The notes beneath the pieces were generated by a model. It saw only the letters and a list, made by a program, of their open reading frames with translations, searched no databases and was not told where the DNA came from. DNA of 32,000 nucleotides from sequence record LR026971.1; one strand, given 5' to 3'. The position numbers were made by a program, and so were the translations under genes. This document shows positions 30,012 to 32,000 of the stretch, one piece after another (position 1 is the stretch's first letter; the number at the start of each line of letters is the position of its first letter).

Positions 30012-30356
30012 TATGGACCTGGTCTAGCTATTAATGATTTTAGCTTAGGTATTTATTATATCTTAGCTGTATCTTCATTAGCCACGTACGGTATACTATT
30101 GGCTGGATGAAGTGCTAATAGTAAATATGCTTTTTTAGGATCCTTAAGAAGTACAGCTCAATTGATTAGTTATGAATTAGTTTTAAGTTCTGCTATACTT
30201 TTAGTAATTATGCTAACTGGAAGTTTAAATCTTAGTGTTAATATAGAATCTCAAAGAGCTATTTGGAATATATTTCCATTATTGCCTGTATTTATTATAT
30301 TTTTTATAGGTTCTGTTGCTGAAACAAATCGGGCTCCCTTTGATTTAGCTGAGGCT
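30012..30356 (+). CDS. nad1: nad1 exon 3
   Basis: YGPGLAINDFSLGIYYILAVSSLATYGILLAGWSANSKYAFLGSLRSTAQLISYELVLSSAILLVIMLTGSLNLSVNIESQRAIWNIFPLLPVFIIFFIGSVAETNRAPFDLAEA. Confidence 0.9.
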
Positions 30357-31456
30357 ATGATTTGGTCTCATTAAAGATCACTATTTGCTGGAAAACCCTA
30401 TTGTTATCTGGTATATTAGGACAATCAGCAGGAAACCAAAACAACAAGGCAGCCTTGTTATAAGTAGGATCCTCAGAGACTATACGTGATCGCCATATAA
30501 ACATAGGGTAAGATATAGTCCAAATTGGTGCGCAAGCACGAAAGATACTAAACATAAGTTTGAAATCTAACTTTATTGCGTATAAACTAATTAACAATAA
30601 TTTAATCTATATTAAAAAATCTGTGCTTAATATCAATAGCAATAAAAGATATTATTCTAGTGTAAGAAATATAAATTCTAAATCTGATAAAAGACCTATT
30701 CCTATTATTAGCTTAGGTAATCTAAATGATGCTAACTCTATTAAATCTTATTGCGAATTATTAAAAGGTAAGGGTGGTATATATTCTTTTGTTAATACTC
30801 TAAATAATAAAAGATATATCGGTAGTGCAAAAGATTTGTACATAAGACTTAATGAACATATTAGAAATAAAAAATCGAATACCGCCTTACAAAAAGCCTT
30901 TGAGAAGTATGGCCTAGAAAACTTTAATTTTTGTATTTATGAATATTTTACATATGAAAGTAAAGTTATGAGTCATAAATCTTTAACAGACTTAGAAACT
31001 AGTTACCTGGAAAGATTCCATATAGATACTCTTTATAATTTTACAACTTCAGCTATAAGTATTACAGGTTATAAACATACGGATGAAGCTAAATCAAAGA
31101 TGATTAAGCGTTATGAAAATAAAGAGAAGCATCCCATGTATGGTAAAAACCACACTAAAGAAGCTTTAGCTCTAATTAGTAAACCAGGAGAGTTAAATCC
31201 TATGTTTGGAAGAAAACATAGTGAAGTAACTAAAGATAAGATAAGTAATAAATTAAGTAAGTATCCATTAGGAGTAGGTATTTATGATTTAGATAATAAT
31301 TTAATAGCACAATTCAGAAACAATGTAGAACTTGCTAAATATTTAGATATATCCAGAGTTACAGTAGGTAAGTATTTAAATTCAGGGATTATTTATAATA
31401 AGTTATATTACTTTAAAGCAATAAAGGATTAAATGGTAAACTTATATTTTTTTTTG
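30357..31456 (+). mobile_element. Group I intron nad1-i3 with GIY-YIG ORF
   Basis: The core is at the 5' end: TATTTGCTGGAAAACCC ~30383, CAATCAGCAGGAAACC ~30423, CCTCAGAGACTATACG ~30472, AAGATATAGTCC 30509-30520. The ORF is in the 3' extension. It ends in G31456. Confidence 0.8.
30560..31432 (+). CDS. GIY-YIG homing endonuclease (free-standing)
   Basis: GGIYSFVNTLNNKRYIGSAKDLYIRLNEHI is followed by GYKHTDEAK / HPMYGKNHTKEA / NPMFGRKHSEVT modules and the C-terminal FRNNVELAKYLDISRVTVGKYLNSG. The start is TTG 30560 per the track. Confidence 0.85.
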   Translation: MKSNFIAYKLINNNLIYIKKSVLNINSNKRYYSSVRNINSKSDKRPIPIISLGNLNDANSIKSYCELLKGKGGIYSFVNTLNNKRYIGSAKDLYIRLNEHIRNKKSNTALQKAFEKYGLENFNFCIYEYFTYESKVMSHKSLTDLETSYLERFHIDTLYNFTTSAISITGYKHTDEAKSKMIKRYENKEKHPMYGKNHTKEALALISKPGELNPMFGRKHSEVTKDKISNKLSKYPLGVGIYDLDNNLIAQFRNNVELAKYLDISRVTVGKYLNSGIIYNKLYYFKAIKD

Positions 31457-31927
31457 GAATCAGAACTTGTTAGTGGATTTATGACAGAACATGCTGCAGT
31501 AGTTTTTGTATTCTTTTTCTTAGCTGAATACGGAAGTATTGTTTTAATGTGTATACTTACAAGTATTTTATTTTTAGGGGGTTATTTGTCAATAAATAGT
31601 TTAGATGTCTTTAATTTTTTTTATTCTATCCTTTTTAATATAGGATTTATTGATCTTAATTTTTTTAATATATTTTATTATTTCTATAAAGAAATTTTTG
31701 TTAATAATTCTATTATAGAAGGATTAATATATGGATTAACTATAGGATTAAAAAGTTCTATTTTAATATTTCTTTTTATATGAGTAAGAGCTTCTTTTCC
31801 TAGAATACGTTTCGATCAATTAATGGCTTTTTGTTGAACGGTTTTATTACCTTTATTATTTGCTTTAATTGTTTTACTTCCTTGTATATTATATAGTTAT
31901 AATATTTTACCTGTTAATGTTTTATAG
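31457..31927 (+). CDS. nad1: nad1 exon 4
   Basis: [43 protein letters not shown]...[48 protein letters not shown]. Stop is TAG 31925-31927. Summed nad1 exons total 1104 nt. Confidence 0.9.
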
Positions 31928-32000
31928 TTAACCTCTATTACCCTTAAATAAAATACTTTTAATATTTTGATTTCATATTTGAATATGAAATGGGATTTTA

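Noticed and set aside
30527-30540. GGTGCGCAAGCACG in nad1-i3 considered as another MUSE copy.
   Set aside because: It forms a simple GTGC-GCAA-GCAC GNRA-tetraloop hairpin just after the P7 3' strand, so it is more likely a native peripheral helix of the ribozyme. It does show that MUSE words resemble GNRA hairpins.
8376-30597. Minus-strand track ORFs at 8376-8654, 8740-8934, 9330-9626, 9657-9893, 10290-10700, 13261-13488, 13761-13967, 14598-14804, 26203-26424 and 30355-30597.
   Set aside because: All lie antisense to well-supported + strand exons or intron ORFs, or within a GC-repeat spacer. They have low-complexity composition, no recognisable motifs, and sizes expected by chance in AT-rich DNA.
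708-31783. Apparent fragmentation of almost every gene into short ORFs, which could suggest pseudogenes or frameshifts.
   Set aside because: This is an artefact of reading TGA as stop. Under code 4 the neighbouring fragments join in one frame, and TGA falls at conserved Trp positions (e.g. IFSWLAT, GHQWYWSYQ, FVGWEGVG).
31960-31995. The palindrome TTTCATATT-TG-AATATGAAA after nad1 considered as a terminator or processing hairpin.
   Set aside because: It is AT-only with a 2-nt loop, lies at the window edge, and cannot be distinguished from chance AT palindromes.
1-32000. A cluster of reverse transcriptase, GIY-YIG and LAGLIDADG nucleases that could be read as a prokaryotic defence or retron-like island.
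   Set aside because: Every one of these ORFs sits inside a group I or group II intron that interrupts a mitochondrial respiratory gene. Gene content, genetic code and AT-richness identify an organelle genome.

Overview
This window is fungal mitochondrial DNA and must be read with genetic code 4 (TGA=Trp). The fragmentation in the supplied ORF track is an artefact of treating TGA as a stop. All supported genes are on the + strand, in the order cox1 (last 7 exons) - trnR(ACG) - nad4L - nad5 - cox2 - nad4 - atp8 - nad1. Protein sequences, gene order, the very high intron load and many copies of the undecamer GGCGCAAGCTC point to a Sordariales mtDNA, most likely Podospora anserina or a close relative. 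That assignment is from memory, not from a search. I delimit 16 introns: 15 group I and one group II in nad5. By my coordinates they cover about 21.5 kb (~67%) of the window, against about 6.5 kb of exon. Thirteen intron ORFs are present: 6 complete LAGLIDADG plus 1 truncated tail, 5 GIY-YIG and 1 RT/maturase. A fourteenth, a LAGLIDADG ORF in nad1, is clearly decayed. Eight of them are open in frame with the upstream exon. Splice junctions were inferred from colinearity with conserved COX1/COX2/ND proteins plus the rule that the 5' exon ends in U and a group I intron ends in G. They may be off by a few nt, but the summed exon lengths of nad4L, nad5, cox2 and nad1 are all multiples of 3. I see no prokaryotic-style defence island, CRISPR array or new gene system. 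The most interesting layer is a population of ultra-short GC-rich elements (GGCGCAAGCTC MUSE-like words, GAA-loop mini-hairpins and composite TATATAGCGC/polypyrimidine modules). They invade spacers, intron ribozyme loops and intron ORFs, sometimes in frame and sometimes destroying the ORF. There are also paralogous intron pairs in different genes, an apparently inactivated group II RT, and cox1 micro-exons of 18 and 11 nt.
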